This document shows positions 19,867 to 28,786 of a stretch of DNA of 47,029 nt, piece after piece (position 1 is the first letter of the stretch; each line of letters opens with the position of its first letter). Under the pieces are notes generated by a model that worked only from the letters and a program-made list of their open reading frames with translations, ran no database searches and was not told the DNA's origin. The DNA comes from an uncultured Myxococcales bacterium (GTDB lineage Bacteria; Desulfobacterota; Binatia; UBA1149; CAITLU01). The translations under genes were made by a program, and so were the position numbers. The stretch is from NCBI GenBank assembly GCA_964475235.1, contig CAYYVZ010000001.1:1-47029 (forward strand), in the 5' to 3' direction.

Positions 19867-20793
19867 TCACGCCAACTCCCCGGAACGGTACGCGGGGAAG
19901 TAAGACGTGTCGCCGGTGCCGGATCGTCCGGCAAGATCGCGGTATCCGGCCGGATCGAGGATGCGGCCGCACAGGTAAGCCCATCGTCGTTCGTTCGAAA
20001 AAGCTTCCTTGAACGAGGTGAGCCCATCCTCGTTTCCGGGAACGAGACCGGCACCGCTGCCCCAGTCGATCCAGCGAGCCTTGCCCGCGAAGTGCTCGAT
20101 CCCAGAGAAGTGCAGCGCATGGGACGCTCCCATGCGGTAGCCCAGCTCGTCGTAGGCGCCGAGGTGCCCGTAGACGATGTCGCCCTGGACCAGTAGCAGA
20201 TGCATTCCAACCGCCGCGCCGTCGAACGAGGCGCGCAGGGCGACGAGGCCCGGGACGGCGAACAGTCGCGACAGTGCAGTTCGCGAGAGAGCCTTCATTC
20301 CCGTGAGACGATGCCGGCGGATCAGGCAGTCGTAGAGGCGCGACCAGTCGTCGACGAGGGACATTGGTTCGGTGAAGACCTCGACCATGAGCCGTTTCAG
20401 CGCATTTCGGGCGTGACGCCGGCGTTTCTTCGACACGATCTGGTCGATCGGTTTCGTCAGGTCGGAGACGAGGTGCTCTTTGAAGGGGACCACATGGTCG
20501 AAGATCGCCCGCAGGTCTGCTTGGCCGACGGGGCCGAACGGATCGGTCACCATCGTGAAGCTGATCCATTCCCGCCCGACGTCGTCGATGTCCGCTCGGA
20601 GCCCCTGCCAGTCCGCGCAGCAGAATATCGGATAACAGCCCATCGCATCGAGTCGCGTGGATCCCGGGACGGCACGTTCCAGGATCCAGCCGCCGCACCG
20701 CGGAAGCTGTCGCGGCGTTCCGAACTCAAAGAACGATCCGGCGTACTCCGGATGGGCGTAGCCCGAAGGAACCGGGACGGGCGCGGCGCTCAT
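19867..20793 (-). CDS. FemAB/CelD-like GNAT-fold acyl- or aminoacyl-transferase
   Basis: 308 aa from ATG 20793, with an ATGA overlap on the upstream gene. 'LRASFDGAAVGMHLLLVQGDIVYGHLGAYDELGYRMGASHALHFSGIEHFAGKARWIDWGSGAG' resembles the C-terminal GNAT lobe of FemAB/Acetyltransf_6 proteins. The 550-aa ORF in the track is an upstream extension. Confidence 0.5.
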   Translation of the reverse strand: MSAAPVPVPSGYAHPEYAGSFFEFGTPRQLPRCGGWILERAVPGSTRLDAMGCYPIFCCADWQGLRADIDDVGREWISFTMVTDPFGPVGQADLRAIFDHVVPFKEHLVSDLTKPIDQIVSKKRRRHARNALKRLMVEVFTEPMSLVDDWSRLYDCLIRRHRLTGMKALSRTALSRLFAVPGLVALRASFDGAAVGMHLLLVQGDIVYGHLGAYDELGYRMGASHALHFSGIEHFAGKARWIDWGSGAGLVPGNEDGLTSFKEAFSNERRWAYLCGRILDPAGYRDLAGRSGTGDTSYFPAYRSGELA

Positions 20794-21473
20794 CGCGGGG
20801 CGGGACTCCGGTAGACGTAGGTGGTGTACTCCCACGTCGGATAGTCGTGCCGGATCACGAAAGTCCGGCTCAGCTCGGCCGCGACGAACCGGGTCAGGGT
20901 CTCGAACGGCAGATGGAAAAGATCGTCGCGCTCCCAGTCCACGATCTTGGACATCACGTTGAAGGCGATGCCCTTGCGGCAGTGTTTGTACGCCACGGCG
21001 ATCATCTGCTGCCAGTAAAGAAGCATCCGCTCGTAAGGCAGCTCGCCCCGGAAGTTGAAAAGGCCGTTCAGGACAATGTAGTCGTAGTCGGGAAGGGCTT
21101 CGTCCGACTCCAGGATGTCCATGTGGAGGAACGCGACCCCGGGATGCCGGACCGCCGCGGCATCCAGGTACTTGCGGGAGATGTCGAGACCCGAATACCG
21201 GACGTTCCGGCGCAGGGGCGATGCATGGATCCGGTCGAGCAGGTGCGCGAGCCCGCAGCCCAGGTCCAGCAGAGTAACCGGCTCGTCCTTTTCGCGAACG
21301 ACGTCGAGCATCACGTCGTACATGGCAGCGGCTTCCTGCTCGGAGCGGGTGTATCCCGCGCCGCGGAAGCTGTCGCCATAGCGCTCCAGGTCGGCCTCGC
21401 AGGCCGTCGACAGGTAGCGTTGTGGCGGCGGCGTTGTCACAGGGGAGGGCGCTCCATCCGGCGCGATGTACAA
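20790..21473 (-). CDS. Class I SAM-dependent methyltransferase
   Basis: Motif I 'VTLLDLGCGLAHLLD', motif II 'AFLHMDIL', 'DYIVLNGLFN'. TTG start at 21473 in the track; a GTG at 21440 is an alternative. Confidence 0.7.
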   Translation of the reverse strand: MYIAPDGAPSPVTTPPPQRYLSTACEADLERYGDSFRGAGYTRSEQEAAAMYDVMLDVVREKDEPVTLLDLGCGLAHLLDRIHASPLRRNVRYSGLDISRKYLDAAAVRHPGVAFLHMDILESDEALPDYDYIVLNGLFNFRGELPYERMLLYWQQMIAVAYKHCRKGIAFNVMSKIVDWERDDLFHLPFETLTRFVAAELSRTFVIRHDYPTWEYTTYVYRSPAPR

Positions 21474-21592
21474 TGCCTCGAATCGTAAGGGTTGAAAACG
21501 CCCGATTGGACATTGCCACTCGGTAGCTTACGCAGGACGAATCACGAGGCCAGCAACACGGCCGGAATGCCGCACGCAGGCGAGGGCGCGCG

Positions 21593-22696
21593 ATGTCGCA
21601 GAAGACGCTCGAGATTCATTGCTGCCGCCCCTCTCTGCCGCGTGCGGGGGAGATTCTTCCCTACCTCGAGCGAATCGACGAAACGGGCTGGTACACCAAC
21701 TACGGACCGCTCAACGGCGAATTCGAGCGCCGCCTCGGGGAGCATTTCCGGGCCGCGGCCGGCTGCATCACCACCGTTTCGTCCGGCACGGCCGGCCTGA
21801 CGGTAGCCCTGATGGCCAGCGACGCCCGTCGCGACGGCTACTGCATCCTGCCGTCGTTCACCTTCGTCGCCACCGCCCATGCCGCGTGTTTCGCCGGCTT
21901 GAAGCCGTTCTTCGTCGACGTGGACGACGGCAGCTGGGCGCTCACGCCGGCCATCGCGCGGCAGGCGTTGCGGGAGGCGCCGGGGCCCGTGTCGGCGGTG
22001 ATCCCCGTCTCCGCGTTCGGAGCGCCGGTCGACGCCGCCGAATGGGCGGAGTTTCGCAGCGAGACCGGGGTGCCGGTGGTCATCGATGCGGCCGACGGCT
22101 TCGACACGGCCCGTTCCTCGAGTGTGCCGACCGTCGTCAGCCTTCACGCGACGAAGCTTTTCGGGGTTGGAGAGGGCGGCCTCGTGCTGTGTGACGATGC
22201 GGGAGCCATCGAACGCATCCAGCGCCATTCGAACTTCGGCTTTTTCGAACGCCGTGAGGCGGACGTGACAGGCACGAATGCGAAGCTGAGCGAGTATCAC
22301 GCGGCCGTCGGCCTTGCGGGACTCGACGCGTGGCCGAAGCGGCGGCAGATCCTTCAGCAGATTGCCGGGCAGTATCGCCAGCGGCTCGATGCGGCAGGCA
22401 CGTTCCGGACGCAGGAGGGTTTCGGAAGCAGTTGGCTGGCGAGCACGCTCACCGTGGATGTCGGTGTGGGAAAGCGCGACATCGTGGCCGCAGGGATGCT
22501 TTCGCGCGGGATCGAGACGCGAGCCTGGTGGGGAGCCGGCTGTGCGTCGCACCGTGCATTCCGCGACTGTCCGCGCACGTCGCTCCAGACCACCGAACGT
22601 CTCGCGGCTCGCATCGTTTCGTTTCCCTTCCACGCAGGACTCGGGTCCGCCGATGTGGACCGGATCGTCGAGAGCGCACGGAGCTCGTCGCCGTGA
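21593..22696 (+). CDS. DegT/DnrJ/EryC1/StrS-family PLP-dependent sugar aminotransferase
   Basis: 'PYLERIDETGWYTNYGPLNGEFERRLGEHF', 'SSGTAGLTVAL', 'LPSFTFVATAHA', and the PLP-lysine motif 'SLHATKLFGVGEGG'. Divergent from the methyltransferase/GNAT operon. Confidence 0.85.
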   Translation: MSQKTLEIHCCRPSLPRAGEILPYLERIDETGWYTNYGPLNGEFERRLGEHFRAAAGCITTVSSGTAGLTVALMASDARRDGYCILPSFTFVATAHAACFAGLKPFFVDVDDGSWALTPAIARQALREAPGPVSAVIPVSAFGAPVDAAEWAEFRSETGVPVVIDAADGFDTARSSSVPTVVSLHATKLFGVGEGGLVLCDDAGAIERIQRHSNFGFFERREADVTGTNAKLSEYHAAVGLAGLDAWPKRRQILQQIAGQYRQRLDAAGTFRTQEGFGSSWLASTLTVDVGVGKRDIVAAGMLSRGIETRAWWGAGCASHRAFRDCPRTSLQTTERLAARIVSFPFHAGLGSADVDRIVESARSSSP

Positions 22697-23970
22697 GCGT
22701 CGCAACACCGAAGTCCCGTACGGCGGTGCTGGTCCTCGGGATGCACCGAAGCGGCACGTCGGCCGTGGCCGGCTCCGTACATCTCCTCGGCGCGGCGGTG
22801 CCGAAGACGCTGATGCCCGGCAACGACACCAACCCGCGCGGGTTCTGGGAATCCGACCGGATCGTGCCGATCCACGAGGAGATGCTCGAGGCGATGGGCT
22901 CCTCCTGGGACGACTGGCGCAAGGCAGACTCCGAGTGGCTGGACAGTGACGCGGCGGCCGCGTTCGCGGACCGCCTGCGCGAGGCGACGATCGACGAGTT
23001 CGGCGACGCCCCCCTGTTCGTACTGAAGGACCCGCGGATGTGCCGGTTTCTGCCGCTGTGGATCCGCGTCCTCGAGGGCCTGGACATCAGGCCGGTCGCC
23101 TTCCACGTGGTGCGCAATCCGATCGAAGTCGCCGATTCGCTGAAGCAGCGCGACGGCTTCGTTCTCGAAGACGCTGTGCTGCAGTGGCTGCGGCACGTCC
23201 TCGATGCCGAGGTGGACTCGCGGGCGATGCCGCGCTGCTTTCTCGACTTCGAAAGCTTCCTCTCCGATTGGGGGCCGCTACTCGACAACGCGCAGAAGCA
23301 GACGGGAATCGAGTGGCCGCGAACGCCGGCGGCAGCGCGCCGCGACATCGCGGAGTTCCTCACCGACACGTTGCGCCGGCACCGCGCGGCCGCCGCCGAT
23401 GTGGAAACGGACCCGCGCCTCGCCGGCTGGGCCAGGGAAGCTTGCGCGCACTTGCGGACGCTCTCGGTCCGGCCGGACGATGCCGGTGCCATGGCGGCGC
23501 TCGATCAGCTGCGCGGCCGCTTCGACGACGCGTGCAGCGCGTTCGGCCGCCAGGTCGAGCGGCTGCGGACTACCATCGGGTTGCTGGATGCCGACCGGGC
23601 TGCGCTCGCCACGCGCGTGAACCAGCTCGAGGCTTCGCTCAGGACAACGGCGGCGGCAGGAATCCGCGCGCAAACGCAGATGGAGGTCGGCGCGATCGGG
23701 CTATCGGACGACGACAGCCGCGCAGTGATTGCCAGCGAGTTCGACGTGCCCTTTTACCTGGCCAGCAATCCGGACGTGGCCAGCGCGGGCGTGGATCCGA
23801 TCGATCACTTCATTCGCGACGGCTGGCGCGAGGGCCGTGATCCGTCTCCCGGCTTCTCGACGAAGCATTACCTGGATTCGAATGCGGACGTGCGCCAGGC
23901 GGGCATGAACCCGTTTCTCCACTTTCTGAAGCATGGACGTTCGGAAGGCCGGCGGCCGAACCGGAAATAG
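22693..23970 (+). CDS. Sulfotransferase family protein with coiled-coil and tandem C-terminal 'NPDV..AG..P..HF...G..EGR.P' motifs
   Basis: GTG at 22693 overlaps the DegT stop (GTGA). The 5'-PSB-like motif 'VLVLGMHRSGTSAVAG' is present, and 'LKDPRMCRFLPLW' is compatible with a 3'-PB region. The two C-terminal repeats are at 23740-23967. Confidence 0.7.
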   Translation: MSVATPKSRTAVLVLGMHRSGTSAVAGSVHLLGAAVPKTLMPGNDTNPRGFWESDRIVPIHEEMLEAMGSSWDDWRKADSEWLDSDAAAAFADRLREATIDEFGDAPLFVLKDPRMCRFLPLWIRVLEGLDIRPVAFHVVRNPIEVADSLKQRDGFVLEDAVLQWLRHVLDAEVDSRAMPRCFLDFESFLSDWGPLLDNAQKQTGIEWPRTPAAARRDIAEFLTDTLRRHRAAAADVETDPRLAGWAREACAHLRTLSVRPDDAGAMAALDQLRGRFDDACSAFGRQVERLRTTIGLLDADRAALATRVNQLEASLRTTAAAGIRAQTQMEVGAIGLSDDDSRAVIASEFDVPFYLASNPDVASAGVDPIDHFIRDGWREGRDPSPGFSTKHYLDSNADVRQAGMNPFLHFLKHGRSEGRRPNRK

Positions 23971-24032
23971 CGAGCGTCCCCACCACGCGGCGCATTGATC
24001 GCCCGCGCCCCCCGTGGCAACTTCCGCCGATC

Positions 24033-25176
24033 ATGGCGAAAGTCGAGCCAGAAATCCGTTCGCGAGTAACCGCCCTGCAGGAGAGAGTCGATCTCCTCGG
24101 GCGGCGGCTTTGACGTAGATACCCTCCGCAAGCGCTTCGAAGAGCTCGACGCGCGCAGCCAGGACCCCTCGCTCTGGAACGACCGTGAAGCGGCAGGCAC
24201 CGTGCTTCGCGAACGCTCCAGTCTCGATTCCAAGATCAAGCACTTCACGGGCATCCAGCAGGCCAACGCAGACGTCGCCGTCTATCTCGAGATGGCCGAC
24301 GAGGGCGACGAGGATGCGGCCGTCGAGCTGATCAAGCATCTGGAGGCGTCCGAGAAGCAGCTCGACGAGATCGAGCTGCAGCAGATGCTCTCCGGCGAAT
24401 ACGACCGCAGCAACGCGATCGTCGAGCTTCGCCCGGGCACCGGCGGAACGGAGAGCCAGGACTTCTGCGAGATGCTGCTGCGCATGTACCTGCGCTGGGC
24501 CGAGCGGCGGGGATTCAAGACGACGCTCACTGAAGTTCAGCCCGGCGAAGGCGCGGGACTCAAGTCGGCTTCCCTCATCGTCGAGGGAGAGTTCGCGTAC
24601 GGCTATATGCGCGCCGAGGCCGGCATCCACCGGCTGGTGCGCATCTCGCCGTTCGACAACGCGGGACGCCGCCACACGTCGTTCGCGTCGGTGATGGTCT
24701 GGCCCGAGATCGACGACACGATCGAGATCAACATCCGCGACGAAGACCTTCGCGTCGACACCTACCGCGCCGGCGGCGCCGGCGGCCAGCACATCAACAA
24801 GACGGATTCGGCCGTGCGCCTCACGCACATCCCGAGCGGGCTCGTGGTGGCGTGCCAGAACGAGCGCTCCCAGCACAAGAACAAGGCCTTCGCGATGAAG
24901 CTGCTCGCGTCACGGCTCTACGAGCTGGAGAGGCAGAAGCAGGAAGCGAAGATGGCGGAGCTCGGAACGACGAAGGTCGAGGCGGGGTTCGGGAGCCAGA
25001 TTCGCAACTACGTGCTGGCGCCGTACCGGCTCGTGAAGGACGTGCGCACCGGCTACGAGGTGGGGAACACGGACGCCGTGCTCGACGGCGACATCGACGG
25101 TTTCATCACCGAGTATCTGATGAAGCACTCGCAGGGGCAGATCGGAGCGGTGAAGGGGGCGGTGGCGGGTCGCTGA
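24033..25176 (+). CDS. prfB: Peptide chain release factor 2, requiring a programmed +1 ribosomal frameshift at codon 27
   Basis: Frame 0 reads ATG 24033 ... 'GRRL' then CTT TGA C at 24108-24114. The +1 frame continues 'DVDTLRKRFEELDARSQDPSLWND...' into the track ORF 24202..25176. 'SPF' and 'GGAGGQHINKTDSAVR' motifs are present. Confidence 0.93.
24108..24114 (+). promoter_or_regulatory. prfB: RF2 autoregulatory +1 frameshift site CTT TGA C
   Basis: Exact match to the canonical CUU UGA C slippery/stop context. Upstream lies the G-rich GGGCGGCGG rather than a clean AGGGGG Shine-Dalgarno-like element. Confidence 0.9.
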
Positions 25177-25246
25177 CGACTTCCATCGATCCGCTGCGTC
25201 GCCGCGAGTTCCGACGACCGCGGCGCCGTGCTAGCTCCGAACTTCC

Positions 25247-26389
25247 ATGAACCTGCAACTGCTCCGCAGGACGTCCGACGGGCGCAACCTGCCCGCGCTC
25301 GAAGGCGTGCGCGGCCTGGCCGTAGTGATCGTCCTTCTCGCCCACACGAGCACGGCCGGCGTGTTCCTGGTCGATGGGCTCAACTTCAAGGGCCGCGGGA
25401 TCCTCGGCGTCTACCTCTTCATGGTGCTGAGCGCGTTCCTGCTGACGTACCACTACCTCGAAGCCCCGGCGAAAGTTTCGAGCTCGCTGCGCTACTGGCG
25501 CGACTACGCCGGCCGCCGCATCGTGCGCATCTATCCGCTCTACACCCTGATCCTGCTGCTCACGACGGTTTCGCCGCTCGTGTCCGAAGCGGTGGCAGGC
25601 AAGGTGCAGCCCTCCGTCTGGAGGCACCTGCTGCTCCTCGACGGCTACAAGATCTTCTGGACGATCCCCGTCGAGATGAAGCTGTACGCGCTGCTGCCGT
25701 TCGTGGTGACGGCGGCGAATGCCATCGCCAGGCGAAGCACGGCCTGGGCCCTGGTCGCTCTCCTCGTCTTCCTGCTGACCGCGTCGTCGATCTGGCCGCC
25801 GGGCATGATCGTGTATCGATCCCTGGCTCTGCGGGACTACCTCGCTCCTTTCGTCGTGGGCTTCATGGTCGCGTTCGCCTGGAGGGACCTCTCCCGGCGC
25901 GAACGCTCGATTCCCGTCCGCATATGCTGGGACGTCGCGGGACTCGTCGCGCTGGTCGCGATCCTGGCCCCGGGGCTGCTCGGCGACCCCTTCGGACCCA
26001 GCCACCGGCTGGCCAAGCGGGTCTTCGGCTCCGATGCGGCCTGGTACGGTGCGGCCTGGGGCATTGTCGTGCTGTCTACCGTCGCCGGGCGCGGCTTGCT
26101 GAACCTCTTGTTCGAGTTCCGCCCTCTTCGCGTCCTCGGGGTAGTGAACTTCAGCGCCTACATGTGGCACCTGCCCATCCTCGCGGTCCTGAGGCACACC
26201 TCGTTCGCCAATCGCAACGAACCTTTGTCCTTTCCGATCATCTTCGCGGCCGTCTACCTGTTCTCGATCGTCTCGTTCCTCGTCATCGAGCAGCCGGCGA
26301 TGCTGGCCTTCAACCGGTGGCTGAAACGCGGAAAGACGAAGCCGGAACGGCAGCTCCAGAATCTCGAAAGCAGTCGCGAAGCGTCCTGA
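25247..26389 (+). CDS. Acyltransferase family 3 integral membrane protein (OafA/YrhL-like O-acyltransferase)
   Basis: 'LPALEGVRGLAVVIVLLAH' N-terminal motif and about 10 predicted TM segments across 380 aa. Confidence 0.8.
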   Translation: MNLQLLRRTSDGRNLPALEGVRGLAVVIVLLAHTSTAGVFLVDGLNFKGRGILGVYLFMVLSAFLLTYHYLEAPAKVSSSLRYWRDYAGRRIVRIYPLYTLILLLTTVSPLVSEAVAGKVQPSVWRHLLLLDGYKIFWTIPVEMKLYALLPFVVTAANAIARRSTAWALVALLVFLLTASSIWPPGMIVYRSLALRDYLAPFVVGFMVAFAWRDLSRRERSIPVRICWDVAGLVALVAILAPGLLGDPFGPSHRLAKRVFGSDAAWYGAAWGIVVLSTVAGRGLLNLLFEFRPLRVLGVVNFSAYMWHLPILAVLRHTSFANRNEPLSFPIIFAAVYLFSIVSFLVIEQPAMLAFNRWLKRGKTKPERQLQNLESSREAS

Positions 26390-26440
26390 CGACCGAATCT
26401 TTCGCCGGCCAGCCACATTCCTTCTTCCGTGGCGCGGGCG

Positions 26441-28690
26441 ATGCGACTATTCTCACAGCAGATGCCCGTCGCGGCTGCTTTCCTCTTTTTCCAACTGCTC
26501 GTCTCCGTCGCGGCAGCTTCCACGCTGCCTCCCGAGCCGCATCCCGTTGCGAGCTGGGGTCGTCGCGGCACCGATCCCGGCGCGTTCTTCTCCGTCATGG
26601 CGATTGCGACCGCTCCCGACGGAAGCGTCTATGCCGCCGACACGGACGGCATCAAGAAGTTCACTTCCGACGGCGAGTTCCTGCTGGAGTGGGGATCGAG
26701 CGGCACCGGGGACGGCCAGTTCAAAACGCCGACCGGCCTCGCGGTGGGTACGACCGGAGAAGTCTACGTCGTCGAGTACTGGGGTCATCGCGTCCAGGTG
26801 TTCGACGGGAACGGCCGTTTCCTGAGGAAGTGGGGCGCGGAAGGCCGCGGCTCCGGCGAATTCTCGTGCCCCGACAAGATCGCGATCGGTCCGGACGGCG
26901 ACGTCTACGTGACCGACGCCAACAACTTCCGCGTGCAGAAGTTCAGCCCGACCGGACAATTCCGGACGGCGTGGGGCCGGCGCGGCACGGGACCCGGGGA
27001 ATTCGCAGTTCCGGCCGCGATTGCGGTCGGACCGGATGGTCGCGTCTACGTCACCGACTTCAGCGGCGGCGTCCAGGTATTCGAATCCGACGGTCGCTTC
27101 GTTGCGCGGTGGGGAGATCCGCCGAGCGATGTCCCGGCGCAGCGACCGACCAGCGCGGAGAGGCCGCCCGGAACAGGAATGCTCAAGGCCGGGAAGGGGG
27201 AATTCGGCGGGCCCGCGCCACCTGCGGCGCGCACCTGCGCGTCCACCCTGGAGAAGCCGGGTGGAATCGCGTTCGACGCCGGCGGAACGCTCCACGTCCT
27301 CAACCGCGCGTGCAACCGCGTGCAGTGGTACGCGCCCGGCGGCGACTACCTCGGCGGCTGGCAGGTGGACGATCTTCCGGAGTTTCCGATGGAGCGGCTG
27401 AGCGACATCGCGGTGGCGGCGAGCGGAGACGTGTTCGTCGGCGAGCGAAACGGTCCGCGCATTCGAAAGTTCGGCGTCGGGCCCGTGCATACCGAGCGAA
27501 TCGCGCTCGAGTTCCTCGGCACCGAACGCCTTCGCCTGCTCGATTCCTTGATCGCTGCGCCGCTCGGTGTGCCGAAGTCGGCGGCCCTTCCTGCGCTACC
27601 GGAAGACGTGAAGCTCGAATGGGCCCACCGTGGATTCGAGCCGGAGCCGGTGCTGGTGTCGGCATCGTGGGAGATCGACGTGCCGGCTTCCGCGCGTGCC
27701 GCTTCGATCGTCACGGCCATCGACGACGCCCTGGGACGCAGGCTTGGGGAAGCGCCCGCGCAGGTCGACGTGTCCGCGGACAGCCTGGCCGCCGTGGTGC
27801 ATGAACGCTCCGGCCTCGTCGTGCGAGTCGAAAACTCCCGCCGGGACACCGGCGCCTACCGGATTCGCCTCGAGCGCGAGAGTACGGGCATGCAGACGAC
27901 CGGGAATGTGGATGCGTGCGATCTGCGCATCCTCGAAGGGCGCCTGACCGAGCTCGCGGGAACGTGGGAGATGCTTTTCCCCGCCCTGCGCGCCCGCCGG
28001 CCGCAGCTCGCGGACGCCATTCTGTCCAATCGCCTCACCGACGAATCGCTCCTCGAAGAGGTCCGCCGCGTTCTGGCGCCGGACTTCCCCGAAGCGGATC
28101 GCGACCTCGTGCTCCTCGCCGCCGACCAGTGGCTTCGCCCGCCCGACGCTCCGGACCGGCCCGCACCGAGGCGCCACAACCTCGACGAGAAGTGGAACGC
28201 GATCGGCTTCAGGAACTCGGATGCGCGTGGCTTGGGACGCTACTACGGCTCCATCCTGCCGTCGCTCGCTGCGCGAACGGGGCAGAACGAATGGGCCGAT
28301 CGCGCGTTCCTGCTGTTGCTCGACCAGGGATGGCTCACCGACTTTCACGCGAGCTTCGAAGGCCCGGACGTCAGCAATGAGAAGTTCGTGCCGGTGCTGA
28401 TCCACGGAGAAGCGTATCTCGCGGCGAACGCGAGCTCGGCGCTGCGGCCGTCGGTGGCGCTTCGCGTGGCGATGGCCCACGAGACGGCCTGGTCCCGCGG
28501 CCGCGGGGAGGAGGATCGCGAGCGGCGCGCCAAGGTACAGGAACACCGCCGCCGGGCGATCGAGCTCTATCGGGAGGTGGCGCCGCGCACGCAGGATCCA
28601 GCGCTGCGGCGCGCGATCGAAGAACGCGTGCAAACGCTCGACCGTGGCCAGTCCGGATGCATCGTCTACATGATCACAGGCGAATGTTAG
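26441..28690 (+). CDS. Secreted NHL-repeat beta-propeller protein with a roughly 400-aa uncharacterised C-terminal region
   Basis: Signal-like 'MRLFSQQMPVAAAFLFFQLLVSVAAAS'. Repeats 'G.G.G(E/Q)F..P.(G/A)(L/I)A(V/I)G..G.VYV.(D/E)....RVQ.F...G.F...WG' occur at least 5 times, which is the NHL signature. Start ambiguous among GTG 26429, ATG 26441 and ATG 26462. Confidence 0.75.
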   Translation: MRLFSQQMPVAAAFLFFQLLVSVAAASTLPPEPHPVASWGRRGTDPGAFFSVMAIATAPDGSVYAADTDGIKKFTSDGEFLLEWGSSGTGDGQFKTPTGLAVGTTGEVYVVEYWGHRVQVFDGNGRFLRKWGAEGRGSGEFSCPDKIAIGPDGDVYVTDANNFRVQKFSPTGQFRTAWGRRGTGPGEFAVPAAIAVGPDGRVYVTDFSGGVQVFESDGRFVARWGDPPSDVPAQRPTSAERPPGTGMLKAGKGEFGGPAPPAARTCASTLEKPGGIAFDAGGTLHVLNRACNRVQWYAPGGDYLGGWQVDDLPEFPMERLSDIAVAASGDVFVGERNGPRIRKFGVGPVHTERIALEFLGTERLRLLDSLIAAPLGVPKSAALPALPEDVKLEWAHRGFEPEPVLVSASWEIDVPASARAASIVTAIDDALGRRLGEAPAQVDVSADSLAAVVHERSGLVVRVENSRRDTGAYRIRLERESTGMQTTGNVDACDLRILEGRLTELAGTWEMLFPALRARRPQLADAILSNRLTDESLLEEVRRVLAPDFPEADRDLVLLAADQWLRPPDAPDRPAPRRHNLDEKWNAIGFRNSDARGLGRYYGSILPSLAARTGQNEWADRAFLLLLDQGWLTDFHASFEGPDVSNEKFVPVLIHGEAYLAANASSALRPSVALRVAMAHETAWSRGRGEEDRERRAKVQEHRRRAIELYREVAPRTQDPALRRAIEERVQTLDRGQSGCIVYMITGEC

Positions 28691-28786
28691 TTTCGGACTG
28701 AACGAACATGCGCATCCGCCGGCTGATCGTCCGCCGGCACAGACCGGGCACGGACCGCCTGGGCAAAGGCGGCGAATGGCGGTGCG

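Noticed and set aside
21474-21592. Specific -35/-10 promoter assignments in the divergent spacer between the methyltransferase operon and the DegT gene.
   Set aside because: The spacer is the most AT-rich of the cluster and contains TTGAAA and TTGGAC hexamers. No hexamer pair with 16-18 nt spacing and a credible -10 could be defined by eye.
24202-25176. ATG at 24202 as the start of prfB, which would imply a truncated RF2 or a pseudogene.
   Set aside because: An upstream 26-codon ORF ending in CTT TGA C, together with continuous RF2-like sequence in the +1 frame, shows the canonical programmed frameshift.
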